Below are positions 17,903-27,118 of a stretch of 64,000 nucleotides of DNA, piece by piece (within the stretch, counting starts at the first letter, position 1; every line of letters begins with the position of its first letter). The position numbers and the translations under genes are program-made. Source of the stretch: a virus; the IMG/VR virus record IMGVR_UViG_3300032893_000012, positions 1-64,000 of that record. One strand, given 5' to 3'. The notes under the pieces are model-generated. The model made no database searches. It saw only the letters and a list, made by a program, of their open reading frames with translations, and was not told where the DNA came from.

Positions 17903-19336
17903 ATGACGATCAAAAACCCGAGCAAGTATCAGCTGGCCCTCTTTGAGAACGTTGCCAACGGAACCGGACATACCGTCGTTAAGGCAGTGGCCGGAGCTGG
18001 GAAGACCAGTTCAATTGTCGAGGCGCTTACTTATGTCCCACATGGTCTTCGAACCCTCTTCGTCGCCTTCAATAAGTCGATTGCGGAAGAGCTCAAGAAG
18101 CGCGCGCCGCACGGAGTCGAAGTCTCAACCCTTCATTCCTACGGCCTCAAGGTTATCACGCGGTCACTGGGGCGCCTACGCATCGACTCGCATCGAGTGG
18201 ACGACATGGTCAGCGCCATGCATGGCAAAGATTCGAAGACATGGGACATGCGTCGCGATCTCGCGAAAACCGTTTCGCTCGCAAAGGGGCAGCTCGCCAG
18301 CGACGAAGCCGATATCGACGCGATCATCGATACCTTCGGCATCGAGTCGGCTCGGAACGGATCTCGCGCTGCGTTCATCCAGGATGTGCTCAAGATCCTG
18401 ATCCAATGCACCGACGTCTCCGACGGCCGGATCGATTTCGATGACATGATCTGGCTTCCGGTCGTGTTGAACCTTTCTCAACCGAAGTACGACCGGGTGT
18501 TCGTCGACGAGACCCAAGACCTGAACGCAGCACAGATCGAGATGACGCTGCGCGCGGTCAACGACAATGGTCGGATCTGCGCCGTGGGCGACCCTAGGCA
18601 GGCCATCTACGGGTTCCGCGGGGCGGATTCGGCAGCCGTCGACAACGTGGTGAGCCGGCTCAAGGCGACCGTGCTGCCGCTCAGCGTCTGCTACCGCTGC
18701 TGCAAGGCGGTCATCCGGGAGGCGCAGGAAGTGGTTCCGGAGATCGAGTACGCGCCGGACGCAGACGAGGGATCGGTCAGCGAGGTAACCGTATCGGAGA
18801 TGAAGAAGAACGCGCGCGCCGGAGATTTCATCCTGAGCCGAACGAACGCGCCTCTCATCTCGCTCTGTATGTACTTCCTCAAGAACGGACGCCCTGCGAG
18901 TATTCAGGGGCGCGACGTCGGTGCCTCGCTCGCGGCATTCGTCAAGAAGAGTAAGGCGCCGACCGTGGGAGCCCTTCGCGACTACGTCGAGGAGTGGCGC
19001 GGGATCGAGGTTGCCAGGCTCGCCGCCAAACACCGCGATACGCAAGCTGTCGACGATCGCGCGGAGTGCATTCTGGCGCTCAGTGAGGACGCGATGACCG
19101 TGTCCGACGTGCTCGAGAGCATCGAGTCGCTGTTTGCCGACAAGGACGAGCACTCGAGGATCGTACTGTCGTCGACGCACAAGGCGAAGGGACTCGAGCG
19201 AGATCGGGTGTGGATGCTCAACAGCACGTACCGGAGACGACCGGGGGCGGAAGAGGACAACCTGACCTATGTGGCTATTACACGGGCTCGGAAGACTCTC
19301 TTCATTGTCGAGGGTAGCGTGGGGCAGAAAAAGTGA
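17903..19336 (+). CDS. UvrD/Rep-like SF1A helicase
   Basis: AVAGAGKT, VAFNK, STLHS, VDETQD, VGDPRQAIYGFRGA, STHKAKGLE, YVAITRA; AGGAG RBS. Confidence 0.93.
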   Translation: MTIKNPSKYQLALFENVANGTGHTVVKAVAGAGKTSSIVEALTYVPHGLRTLFVAFNKSIAEELKKRAPHGVEVSTLHSYGLKVITRSLGRLRIDSHRVDDMVSAMHGKDSKTWDMRRDLAKTVSLAKGQLASDEADIDAIIDTFGIESARNGSRAAFIQDVLKILIQCTDVSDGRIDFDDMIWLPVVLNLSQPKYDRVFVDETQDLNAAQIEMTLRAVNDNGRICAVGDPRQAIYGFRGADSAAVDNVVSRLKATVLPLSVCYRCCKAVIREAQEVVPEIEYAPDADEGSVSEVTVSEMKKNARAGDFILSRTNAPLISLCMYFLKNGRPASIQGRDVGASLAAFVKKSKAPTVGALRDYVEEWRGIEVARLAAKHRDTQAVDDRAECILALSEDAMTVSDVLESIESLFADKDEHSRIVLSSTHKAKGLERDRVWMLNSTYRRRPGAEEDNLTYVAITRARKTLFIVEGSVGQKK

Positions 19337-19773
19337 CCTCCCGCTTCGTCCAAGTCCCCGCCTCTGCCATCCGCGAACGGTTGGTGGGGGCGGGCTTCGA
19401 GCTGATGGAAGCTACAAGCGATGAGGAGGTGTACCTCAGGGTGCACGACAAGGACGAGCGGTACGCAATCAAGGTGTACTCGTCGATCCAACACGGAGAG
19501 TCTGCCGTCCGCGAGTGCGGGGCCGACGCTATCCGAGTGGTAGCTCTGTTTCAGCCTCGAGATCAAATCTACCCGATATTCAAGTCCGCGCGTGTGTACC
19601 GAACCGGCAGCGTTGAGGCTGTACTCGATCGCGTGATCGAGCGCGCTAGGGAGGCGTATGCGCGGTGTAACGAGCATCGAAAGAAAAATTCTGGGACGCC
19701 CGAGCGGAACCAGCAGGCGAAAACCCCGTCCCCCGGGAACACGTCTACTGGTTCCACTCGGGCGCCGAGATAG
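19333..19773 (+). CDS. hypothetical protein
   Basis: GTGA overlap. Confidence 0.6.
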   Translation: MTSRFVQVPASAIRERLVGAGFELMEATSDEEVYLRVHDKDERYAIKVYSSIQHGESAVRECGADAIRVVALFQPRDQIYPIFKSARVYRTGSVEAVLDRVIERAREAYARCNEHRKKNSGTPERNQQAKTPSPGNTSTGSTRAPR

Positions 19774-19776
19774 CCA

Positions 19777-20106
19777 ATGTTCAGGCGTGACACATCGAAA
19801 AAATGTGAGCGCTGTGGAGCTCCAGGAGAATCCTATCCAATGGTTGGACTTCCGTGCGTGTTCGTTTTTAGGGTCGATTTCGATCGAATGGAAAATCATT
19901 CTCCAAAGGAGACCAGGCTTCGGGCTATCTTCGCCGGGGAGACTTGTGAGGCAGCCCTGATTCAGTCAGAGCGTTTCATCGCGCTGGAACGCACGGAAAA
20001 TCAGGAATACAAAGGTTACGACGGCAAGACCTATCCCTATTGGTATGTCGAGCATGGCGTTATCGGCGAGCCGATCGATAAAACAAGGACGATCATTGGG
20101 ATATGA
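19777..20106 (+). CDS. hypothetical protein
   Basis: operon packing. Confidence 0.5.
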   Translation: MFRRDTSKKCERCGAPGESYPMVGLPCVFVFRVDFDRMENHSPKETRLRAIFAGETCEAALIQSERFIALERTENQEYKGYDGKTYPYWYVEHGVIGEPIDKTRTIIGI

Positions 20107-20128
20107 CTGTTTTCATAGGAAAAAAGAA

Positions 20129-20353
20129 ATGAGGACTGGCGGCCGCATGTCGATCGAACTCTCCGGCGCGGAAGCGCGGGTGCTCTTCAACGAGATCGGT
20201 GACATTCCGAAACTTCTTGTGGGACCAAAGCTCCTCGAGCTCTACGTTCGACTCAGTAATATGCTCGATTTGAACGAAGAGGCTCACACTAAGAGCAGAA
20301 AACTAAAGTCGCCGGTGTCGGGGAATTCAGGGTCCTCGGCGCCGGCGCAGTAA
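20129..20353 (+). CDS. hypothetical protein
   Basis: operon packing; start uncertain. Confidence 0.4.
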   Translation: MRTGGRMSIELSGAEARVLFNEIGDIPKLLVGPKLLELYVRLSNMLDLNEEAHTKSRKLKSPVSGNSGSSAPAQ

Positions 20354-20369
20354 CTCTACTGGAGGAAAA

Positions 20370-21365
20370 ATGGCATACGCTTGTCGAATTCTAGCTGACT
20401 CGATCTCTCCCGCTGGCCACCGACTCACGAGCTTTGAAGTTACATTTCCGCGTATTGTGTTGGCCGAATTCAATACTCATTGCATGCTATCGCGCAACAG
20501 CGCCTCGAGTCGTGCCATCCCAGTCGCCAAGCGAATCGATGCTGTCGAGACTGATCCATTCGTTCCGGAATCGTTTGGTCGAAACCAGAAGGGTATGCAA
20601 CCTGGCGAACCTCTCGACAGCAAAGATGCGGCGGCAGCGCAGCTGGATTGGCTAGACGCTCGTGATGAGTGCATCCTTCGGGCGTCGAGTCTTGCTTCGC
20701 GTGGCGTGCATAAGCAGTACGCAAACCGCCTCCTCGAGCCATTTTCGTGGCATACGGCCGTGATCACGGCGACCGAATGGGACAACTTCGAACACCTTCG
20801 GTGCAATCCGATGGCGCAGGGTGAGTTCCAGAAAGCGGCGCAGCTCATGATGGCGGCGCGGACAAACAGCGAACCGCGCGCGCTCAACTGTAATGAGTGG
20901 CACTTGCCGTACGTCGAGCCTGACGCAGAGGTGTTTACTCTCAATTCGGTTGGATTGGATCCTTGGAAAGTCTCTGTCGGACGTTGCGCTCGTGTTTCGT
21001 ACCTCACTCAAAATGGCGTACGAGACCCAGCCGAGGATGTAGCGCTCGCTGATCGTCTCCTCGAAAATGCTCACATGAGCCCTTTCGAGCACGTTGCGCG
21101 ACCGATGACCGATACCGAGCTCGCTATCACCAGATCGTTCGATGTTGCGGTAAGCGATGGACCTATCTTGCGATACGGGTGTCCGCCGTCCATTCCGGCT
21201 CCGCGCGTATGCGGCGCAGCATGCGACGATCCATCGAAAAATCACATCTCTTTCGTGCGTGGCCCGCTCCATTACTCAGGCAAATTGAATGGCTGGATCT
21301 CTAGACGCGCGTTCGTGCATGGTGAGCACGACATCCTCGGGTATCGAAGTCAAGTTCACGGGTGA
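20370..21365 (+). CDS. thyX: FAD-dependent thymidylate synthase (phage-type ThyX)
   Basis: RIVLAEFNTHCMLSRNSASSRAIP, HKQYANRLLEPF, RCARVSY, HMSPFEHVA; GGAGG RBS. Confidence 0.88.
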   Translation: MAYACRILADSISPAGHRLTSFEVTFPRIVLAEFNTHCMLSRNSASSRAIPVAKRIDAVETDPFVPESFGRNQKGMQPGEPLDSKDAAAAQLDWLDARDECILRASSLASRGVHKQYANRLLEPFSWHTAVITATEWDNFEHLRCNPMAQGEFQKAAQLMMAARTNSEPRALNCNEWHLPYVEPDAEVFTLNSVGLDPWKVSVGRCARVSYLTQNGVRDPAEDVALADRLLENAHMSPFEHVARPMTDTELAITRSFDVAVSDGPILRYGCPPSIPAPRVCGAACDDPSKNHISFVRGPLHYSGKLNGWISRRAFVHGEHDILGYRSQVHG

Positions 21366-21369
21366 AAAC

Positions 21370-23025
21370 ATGTTGACACTTTCTAGACCAGCATATTTGG
21401 AAACGTCAGAGATCTCGCTCTCTCAGGAGTGCTCGTCCGCACGCTGGACGTACCATCGTCTGCTCGATTTCGAGCAGGAACACCAACGAGTACTCGACGC
21501 CGCAGCGGAAACCATCGCGCCAGGGATCGTGCGCATCGGACGCATCGTGGCACGCCTGGCGAGACGAGCACGTCGAGCAGAACACACGTCCGCAGGAGCG
21601 TGGTGTCCGAACCCGCGACCTGAGCTCGCTGACCGACTCCGTGAAAAGCTCGTGGAGCTACGGGTACAACGCAATGCAGATCCGCGATGGAAAGTCGCTC
21701 TCGGATGGGCTGACGAGGAGGTTGGTGAGTCGAAAGCTGTTCGACGACGGCGTGCGAAATCGCCCGACAAGGTCAAGCGTCGCAAGGGTGAGACTGACGA
21801 AGCATTCGCGAAACGGTTCGAGCTTCTCACGCACGACGAGACCGATGAACACTACGGGGAGAAGCTCACCAGCCAACCGCGCAGGACGCGACGTGAGGCA
21901 TATCGCACAGAGCTCTACGCGACTCGGCGCATTTATTGGGGAACATGGAACGCTTTGGTGCGGAGCGTCGATCAGGCTCGGAAGGATGTCCTGAAAGCGC
22001 GCAAGGTTGGCATGCCGGCGGATTTGCGGCGTCCCAAGTACCGCGATCCGGTGACGCTCGCGGCCGACAAGGGCGGCTTCAGAATCGTGGAACGAGGGTC
22101 CGTTTGGTGGACGATCGAACTACGAATCGGCGTCGCGGACGAGTGGGTTCGCTTCCGCGCGAAGTGCGGAACGTGGCACGACGTACCGAGCGGCGCGAAC
22201 ATCCGTACATTGAAGCTCACCCGCCGGAAGGATGGCGAGCGTTGGGCCTACTCGGTCAGCATGGCGATCGAGATGGAGAAGCAATCGATCCCGCGCGCGG
22301 AGTCACGAATGGTGGCGTTCGACTGGGGCCACCGCGAACATGGACATCCGCGCTGGCGAGAAGGTATTCGTGTCTTCACATGGCTCGGAGACGACGGCGC
22401 AATCGGTGAGGTTCTCATTCCAGCGGAATGTCGGGATGCGCTCGACGAGATCGACTCACTGAAGAGCCGTGTAGATACGGCCTACGACGCGCGCCGCAAG
22501 ACACTCGGACTTTCGCACAAGAATCGATTTTTGTATCGACGCGAACTGATGCGCTCGGGCGTCCGCACTGCCGAGGAGACTGATTGGCTTCGGTGGGAGA
22601 TGCGATACGAGAGAAGGATCGCTGCGCGACGAAAGCGCATCATGAATGTGCGGCGCGAGCTCTATCTGCGAACGGTGCGAGATCTTCGATCTCGTTACGC
22701 GATCTTCGCCTTCGAGGATGAGAGCGTTGCTCAAATCAAGGTAAAGCAGAAAGATGAAGAAATGAAGCGCCGACAGCGGAGCACCAGGGACATCTCGGCG
22801 CGTTACGAGTTCGTGAGTCTGTGCGAGCGGTTCGGTGCCGAGATTTTGACCGTACCTGCTCGCAACACTACGAAGGAGTGTCCGAACTGCGGCGTGCTCG
22901 CGGAAAATGGCCCGGAATTGTTGATCGCGTGTCCTGGATGTGGGGTCGTTCGTGACAAAGATCGCGGTGCTGCGAGGGTCATTCTCGCTCGGGCGACGGA
23001 GGCGCTCGCAAACCGTGCTGCATGA
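21370..23025 (+). CDS. compact type V CRISPR effector (TnpB-derived, Cas12m/V-U1-like), 551 aa
   Basis: RuvC-I VAFDWG, RuvC-II FAFEDE, Zn finger TTKECPNCG...ACPGCG, RuvC-III RDKDRGAARVI; YWGTWN motif; array begins 31 nt after the stop; probable ATG at 21370, just after thyX. Confidence 0.88.
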   Translation: MLTLSRPAYLETSEISLSQECSSARWTYHRLLDFEQEHQRVLDAAAETIAPGIVRIGRIVARLARRARRAEHTSAGAWCPNPRPELADRLREKLVELRVQRNADPRWKVALGWADEEVGESKAVRRRRAKSPDKVKRRKGETDEAFAKRFELLTHDETDEHYGEKLTSQPRRTRREAYRTELYATRRIYWGTWNALVRSVDQARKDVLKARKVGMPADLRRPKYRDPVTLAADKGGFRIVERGSVWWTIELRIGVADEWVRFRAKCGTWHDVPSGANIRTLKLTRRKDGERWAYSVSMAIEMEKQSIPRAESRMVAFDWGHREHGHPRWREGIRVFTWLGDDGAIGEVLIPAECRDALDEIDSLKSRVDTAYDARRKTLGLSHKNRFLYRRELMRSGVRTAEETDWLRWEMRYERRIAARRKRIMNVRRELYLRTVRDLRSRYAIFAFEDESVAQIKVKQKDEEMKRRQRSTRDISARYEFVSLCERFGAEILTVPARNTTKECPNCGVLAENGPELLIACPGCGVVRDKDRGAARVILARATEALANRAA

Positions 23026-23056
23026 TAGCGAAATCACTAGAGGTCTCTTGGGGCCT

Positions 23057-25596
23057 CTATCGACAGCTGCGTGGAGCTTCGAACACCACGACTCCGCCTC
23101 CGAGCGCCGCGCCGCCGTCGCGGCGGCGGCTATCGACAGCTGCGTGGAGCTTCGAACACCACGACGGAGCGCGTCGTCCACCGTGCACCGAGTATGGCAC
23201 CTATCGACAGCTGCGTGGGGCTTCGAACACCACGACAAGTAGCGCCGCTGGCCGGCGGCCGATGCCGATATCATGCTCTCAACAGCTGCGTGGAGCTTCG
23301 AACACCACGACCCGAAGAGCCGACATGCGCGGCCGACGAGCCCGCTACTCTCACAGCCGCGTGGGGCTTCGAATGCCACGACGTCGAGTTCGGCGGACCA
23401 AGGAGGATCGCGCCCGTGGCATTCAACAGCCGCACGGGGCTTCGAGTGCCGTGACGGTGCGCTCGGGGTCGGCATCTGTCTCAACAGCTGCGTGGGGCTT
23501 CGAGTACCACGACGAGGAGTGGTCTCGGCTCATTCCCCACGCCATTGTCTCTCAACAGCTGCGTGGAGCTTCGAGTACCACGACCAGGAGCACGTCGCTC
23601 TAACTCAACAGCTGCGTGGAGCTTCGAATGCCACGACGGAGACGACGAGGAGGCCAATTTTCTCTCAACAGCTGCGTGGAGCTTCGAAAGCCACGACAAG
23701 CCGCAGGTGCAAAGCCACGCTGGCTTGCACGACTCTCAACAGCTGCGTGGGGCTTCGAATGCCACGACCACTGGTGACCCACGGCGAGCGGATAGAGCCG
23801 CTGCGGTCTCTCAACAGCTACGTGGAGCTTCGAGTACCACGACGTGACGCGGGCGGTGTGGCAACAGCCGCGCAGAGCTTCGAATACTGCGACGGGGTCG
23901 AACCCAATGTCCTCCTCAATAAGCTGCGTGGAGCTTCGAATGCCGCGACTACGGGCAGATTCTGGACCTTCAGTGGCCGCGCGGGGCTTCGGGTACCGCG
24001 ACAACGCGATGCATCGTTGGTTTTGCCTTTCCGGCTATCGAAAGCTGCGTAGAGCTTCGAATGCTACGATCAACTCAACTCAGTCAGTCTGATCTATCAA
24101 CAGCTGCATGGAGCTTCGAATGCCGTGATGCAAGCTTGAAGAGCGGACCAATACTGCGACTCGGTGATTCGAGCCACAGCCGCGTGAGGCTTCTAATGTC
24201 ACGACCTCGGCGCTATGCCGTCTCTGCCACTAATAGCTCTCAAATAGCCGTGCTAGGCTTCGAATACAGCAACCAGGACGAAAAGTCCGTGAAGATTTTC
24301 GCGATGTCAATCAACATCAGTATTGGACTTCCTCTCAACAGCCGCGTAGGGCTTCGAATATCTCGACATCTGAAACCTCTCGCGCCAGTTAAAAACAGCT
24401 GTGTGGAGCTTCGAATGCCACGACTCGGTCAGCCACGTCAGTCTTTGGACCCGGATCTAATCAACAGCCGTACGGGGCTTCGAGTGCCGTGGACTACAGA
24501 ACGGAGCGCGTCACGCATTCCGCGACGAGCTCATCAACAGCCGCGCGGGGCTTCGAGTGCCGCGACTTGCTGCCAAGGAGCTATCAACAGCTGCGTGGAG
24601 CTTCGAATGCCACGACACGATGCACCGCCCTTCCCACGCGACCGCGCGACGAGCTCTCAACAGCTACGTGGAGCTTCGAGTACCACGACGCGGCGGGTTT
24701 CCGCGGAACGTTTCCACTTTCGGCACATCTCAACAGCTGCGTGGAGCTTCGAGTACCACGACAGCCGCTCCGTGTAACCGTCCTTCCGGTTCGCGAACTC
24801 TCAACAGCTATGTGGAGCTTCGAATGCCACGACCAGCTGCCCTCGCGCGGACGGATTACCGTCGAGGCCGGCTCTCAACAGCTGCGTGGGGCTATATCAA
24901 CAGAGAGCTTCGAATGCCGCGACTACGGGCAGATTCTGGACCTCAATAGCCGCGTGGGGCTTCGAAAATCACGACCGCGAGCTGATCGCAGCCATCCGAG
25001 ATCAACAGCTGTGTGGAGCTTCGAAAGCCACGACTGCGCGTCGCACACTGGTACCCGTCTCTCAACAGCTGCGCGGAGCTTCGAGTGCCGCGACCACGAG
25101 CGTCACCCCGAAGGCGTGTCTGTCGTGCACCTATCAACAGCTGCGTGGGGCTTCGAGTACCACGACGGCGCGTGGACGGAACGAAGAGATCCCGTGATGC
25201 AGACAGATTCTCAACAGCTGCGTGGGGCTTCGAGTACCACGACATCTCATCTGCGCCGCCCCCCATCGAATTCTCAACAGCTGCGTGGGGCTTCGAGTAC
25301 CACGACACGGCGGCGTCCCATCCCCTGCTATAGAGGCGCGCGTGCTTCTCAACAGCTGCGTGGGGCTTCGAAAGCCACGACAACCGGCGGCCTCTTTCTT
25401 TTGTACCCGGCAGGCCTGACGCCTATCAACAGCTACGTGGGGCTTCGAAAGCCACGACCTAGCGCACGCCCCCCATCTGCGCTTGAAGCGCCGTGCTATC
25501 AACAGCTACGTTTCGAATGCCGCGACCAGGTCCTCCGCGATGGCGTCGCGCCGCTCGGTCCTATCGATAGCTGTGTGGAGCTTCGAATACCACAAC
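23057..25596 (+). CRISPR. CRISPR array, about 39 repeat units (some partial), 36-nt consensus CT(C/A)TCAACAGCTGCGTGG(A/G)GCTTCGA(A/G)T(G/A)CCACGAC
   Basis: repeats traced by eye from 23057-23092 to 25561-25596 with mostly unique spacers of about 14-58 nt; G.U-compatible variants indicate plus-strand transcription. Confidence 0.95.
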
Positions 25597-25628
25597 TCAG
25601 GGTTCCTTATTTCCTTCCCAGCAAAATA

Positions 25629-26456
25629 ATGAAAAATCAGAATCCAATCGCACACCCATTCCTGAAGTTCGCCGGCGGAAAGACGCAGCTCTTACCTGAG
25701 ATTCTTCCGCGCCTCCCCGCGAAGATTAAAACCTACTACGAACCGTTTCTCGGTGGCGGCGCGGTCTTTTTCGCGTTGGCTGCGGAGAAACGGTTCGAGC
25801 GTGCAGTACTCTCGGACGCAAACAAAGAGCTCATGAATTCGTACGCTGCTATAGCGGCTTCGTTGGATCGCATTATCTCATTGCTACGAGAACACGAGTC
25901 CGCGCACTCCAAGACATACTTTTACGAAGTGCGAGCCTCAGAAATGAAGCTAGCGATATCGAAAGCAGCGAGATTCATCTACTTGAATCGCACCTGCTTC
26001 AACGGTCTTTATCGCGTCAACAAGTCAGGCAAGTTCAACGTACCTTTTGGGGACCACAAGAATCCAACCATCTGCGACGAAGAGAACCTGCGTGCTGTAT
26101 CGGCGGCTCTAGAGAATGCCCACGTCTCGGCATGCGATTTCGAAGAAGCGATTTGGATTGCACGAAAAGGCGACGCGATATACTTCGATCCGCCGTACGT
26201 ACCCATCTCTGCAACATCTAACTTCGCTGCCTACACAAAAGATGGTTTCGGCCCCGACGAGCAAGAACGTCTCCGTCACGTCGCAGAGAAGCTCAGCACG
26301 AAAGGCGTGTTCGTTCTGCTATCGAACTCCGACACTCCGTTCGTGCGTGAGCTATACCAAGGGTTCGTCATCGAGAAGGTGCGCGCTCGGCGAGCGATCA
26401 ACTCAAAAGGAGACAAGCGCGGTGATGTTGGCGAATTATTGATTCGAGGTAGATGA
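25629..26456 (+). CDS. dam: Dam-family (D12 class) DNA adenine methyltransferase
   Basis: FLKFAGGK, YYEPFLGGGAV, YLNRTCFNGLYRVN, YFDPPY, LSNS; real start ATG 25629. Confidence 0.93.
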   Translation: MKNQNPIAHPFLKFAGGKTQLLPEILPRLPAKIKTYYEPFLGGGAVFFALAAEKRFERAVLSDANKELMNSYAAIAASLDRIISLLREHESAHSKTYFYEVRASEMKLAISKAARFIYLNRTCFNGLYRVNKSGKFNVPFGDHKNPTICDEENLRAVSAALENAHVSACDFEEAIWIARKGDAIYFDPPYVPISATSNFAAYTKDGFGPDEQERLRHVAEKLSTKGVFVLLSNSDTPFVRELYQGFVIEKVRARRAINSKGDKRGDVGELLIRGR

Positions 26457-26488
26457 GTATCCTGATTTAGGAGCCCTAGTTACATAGC

Positions 26489-26842
26489 ATGTCGTCTTTC
26501 AATATTTCTGGACTCATGCTCTTACCGCAACACAGGAAGAAACTAGAAATACTTGTTGCGGCAATCGCGCATCATCGCGTTCATGGTAGGTTTCCTACCC
26601 GCAGTATGGTTGCGCGCTTTCTAAGCGACGTCACAGGTAAAAAACGTAATCTAGATGACGTTTCACGTCTTGTTCACACTATGGATCGATGGAATGTGAT
26701 TTCCGTGACTACTCCGGTAGGAGAACGACTTCCACTGATCCACGTGTTAAGTCTCGGTTTTGATACGCTCACGGATCTTCTCGGGTATGATCCGCGTACG
26801 GAAGGAAATTCATGTCCCAAAATGCTGCCTCTAGAGGAATAG
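26489..26842 (+). CDS. hypothetical protein, possibly winged-helix
   Basis: HGRFPTRSMVARFL segment resembles a wHTH start. Confidence 0.45.
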   Translation: MSSFNISGLMLLPQHRKKLEILVAAIAHHRVHGRFPTRSMVARFLSDVTGKKRNLDDVSRLVHTMDRWNVISVTTPVGERLPLIHVLSLGFDTLTDLLGYDPRTEGNSCPKMLPLEE

Positions 26843-27090
26843 CACCTCTAATGGAAGAGCGTCGCAAGCTCGCCGAAGAGAATATTCGTCTGCGCGAACG
26901 TTGCGAGCGACTTCGCAAGGCGATAATTTTAACCGACGCCGATCACTGTCGCTGTGGAGCGTGCGGCGGGGAATGGCAAGCCGGCGCCACAGAATCGCAC
27001 TCATCCGGTTGCGTAGCTGCTTCAGACGAGCCTCGAGCGTCGAGTTCGACCCAGAACTCCCGCGGGGCGGCATCGAAGCGCAGGCGGTAA
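26812..27090 (+). CDS. hypothetical protein
   Basis: short coiled coil plus Cys/His cluster. Confidence 0.45.
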   Translation: MSQNAASRGIAPLMEERRKLAEENIRLRERCERLRKAIILTDADHCRCGACGGEWQAGATESHSSGCVAASDEPRASSSTQNSRGAASKRRR

Positions 27091-27118
27091 GCTGCTTCGA
27101 GCATCGCGGCTAACAGCA

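Noticed and set aside
21289-21369. N-terminal extension of the effector in the ORF track (578 aa)
   Set aside because: It overlaps thyX by 77 nt; ATG 21370, 4 nt after the thyX stop, fits operon packing better.
21370-23025. Effector as an IS605/IS607 TnpB or a CAST Cas12k
   Set aside because: No tnpA, serine recombinase, tnsB/tnsC/tniQ or IS ends were seen; it is larger than typical TnpB and directly abuts an array.
23894-23912. Spacer whose reverse complement (GGACATTGGGTTCGACCCC) resembles a tRNA/tmRNA T-arm
   Set aside because: The match to this window's tmRNA needs gaps and mismatches; too short to call without a search.
22940-25502. Many ORFs with STAAWSFE / QQLRGAS / NSCVELR repeats
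   Set aside because: These are translations of CRISPR repeats; frames shift with spacer length and the variation follows RNA pairing, not codons.
24489-25628. 655-aa ORF fusing array-derived sequence to Dam
   Set aside because: The consensus repeat has no stop codon in any plus frame, so long ORFs arise by chance; Dam motifs begin right after ATG 25629.
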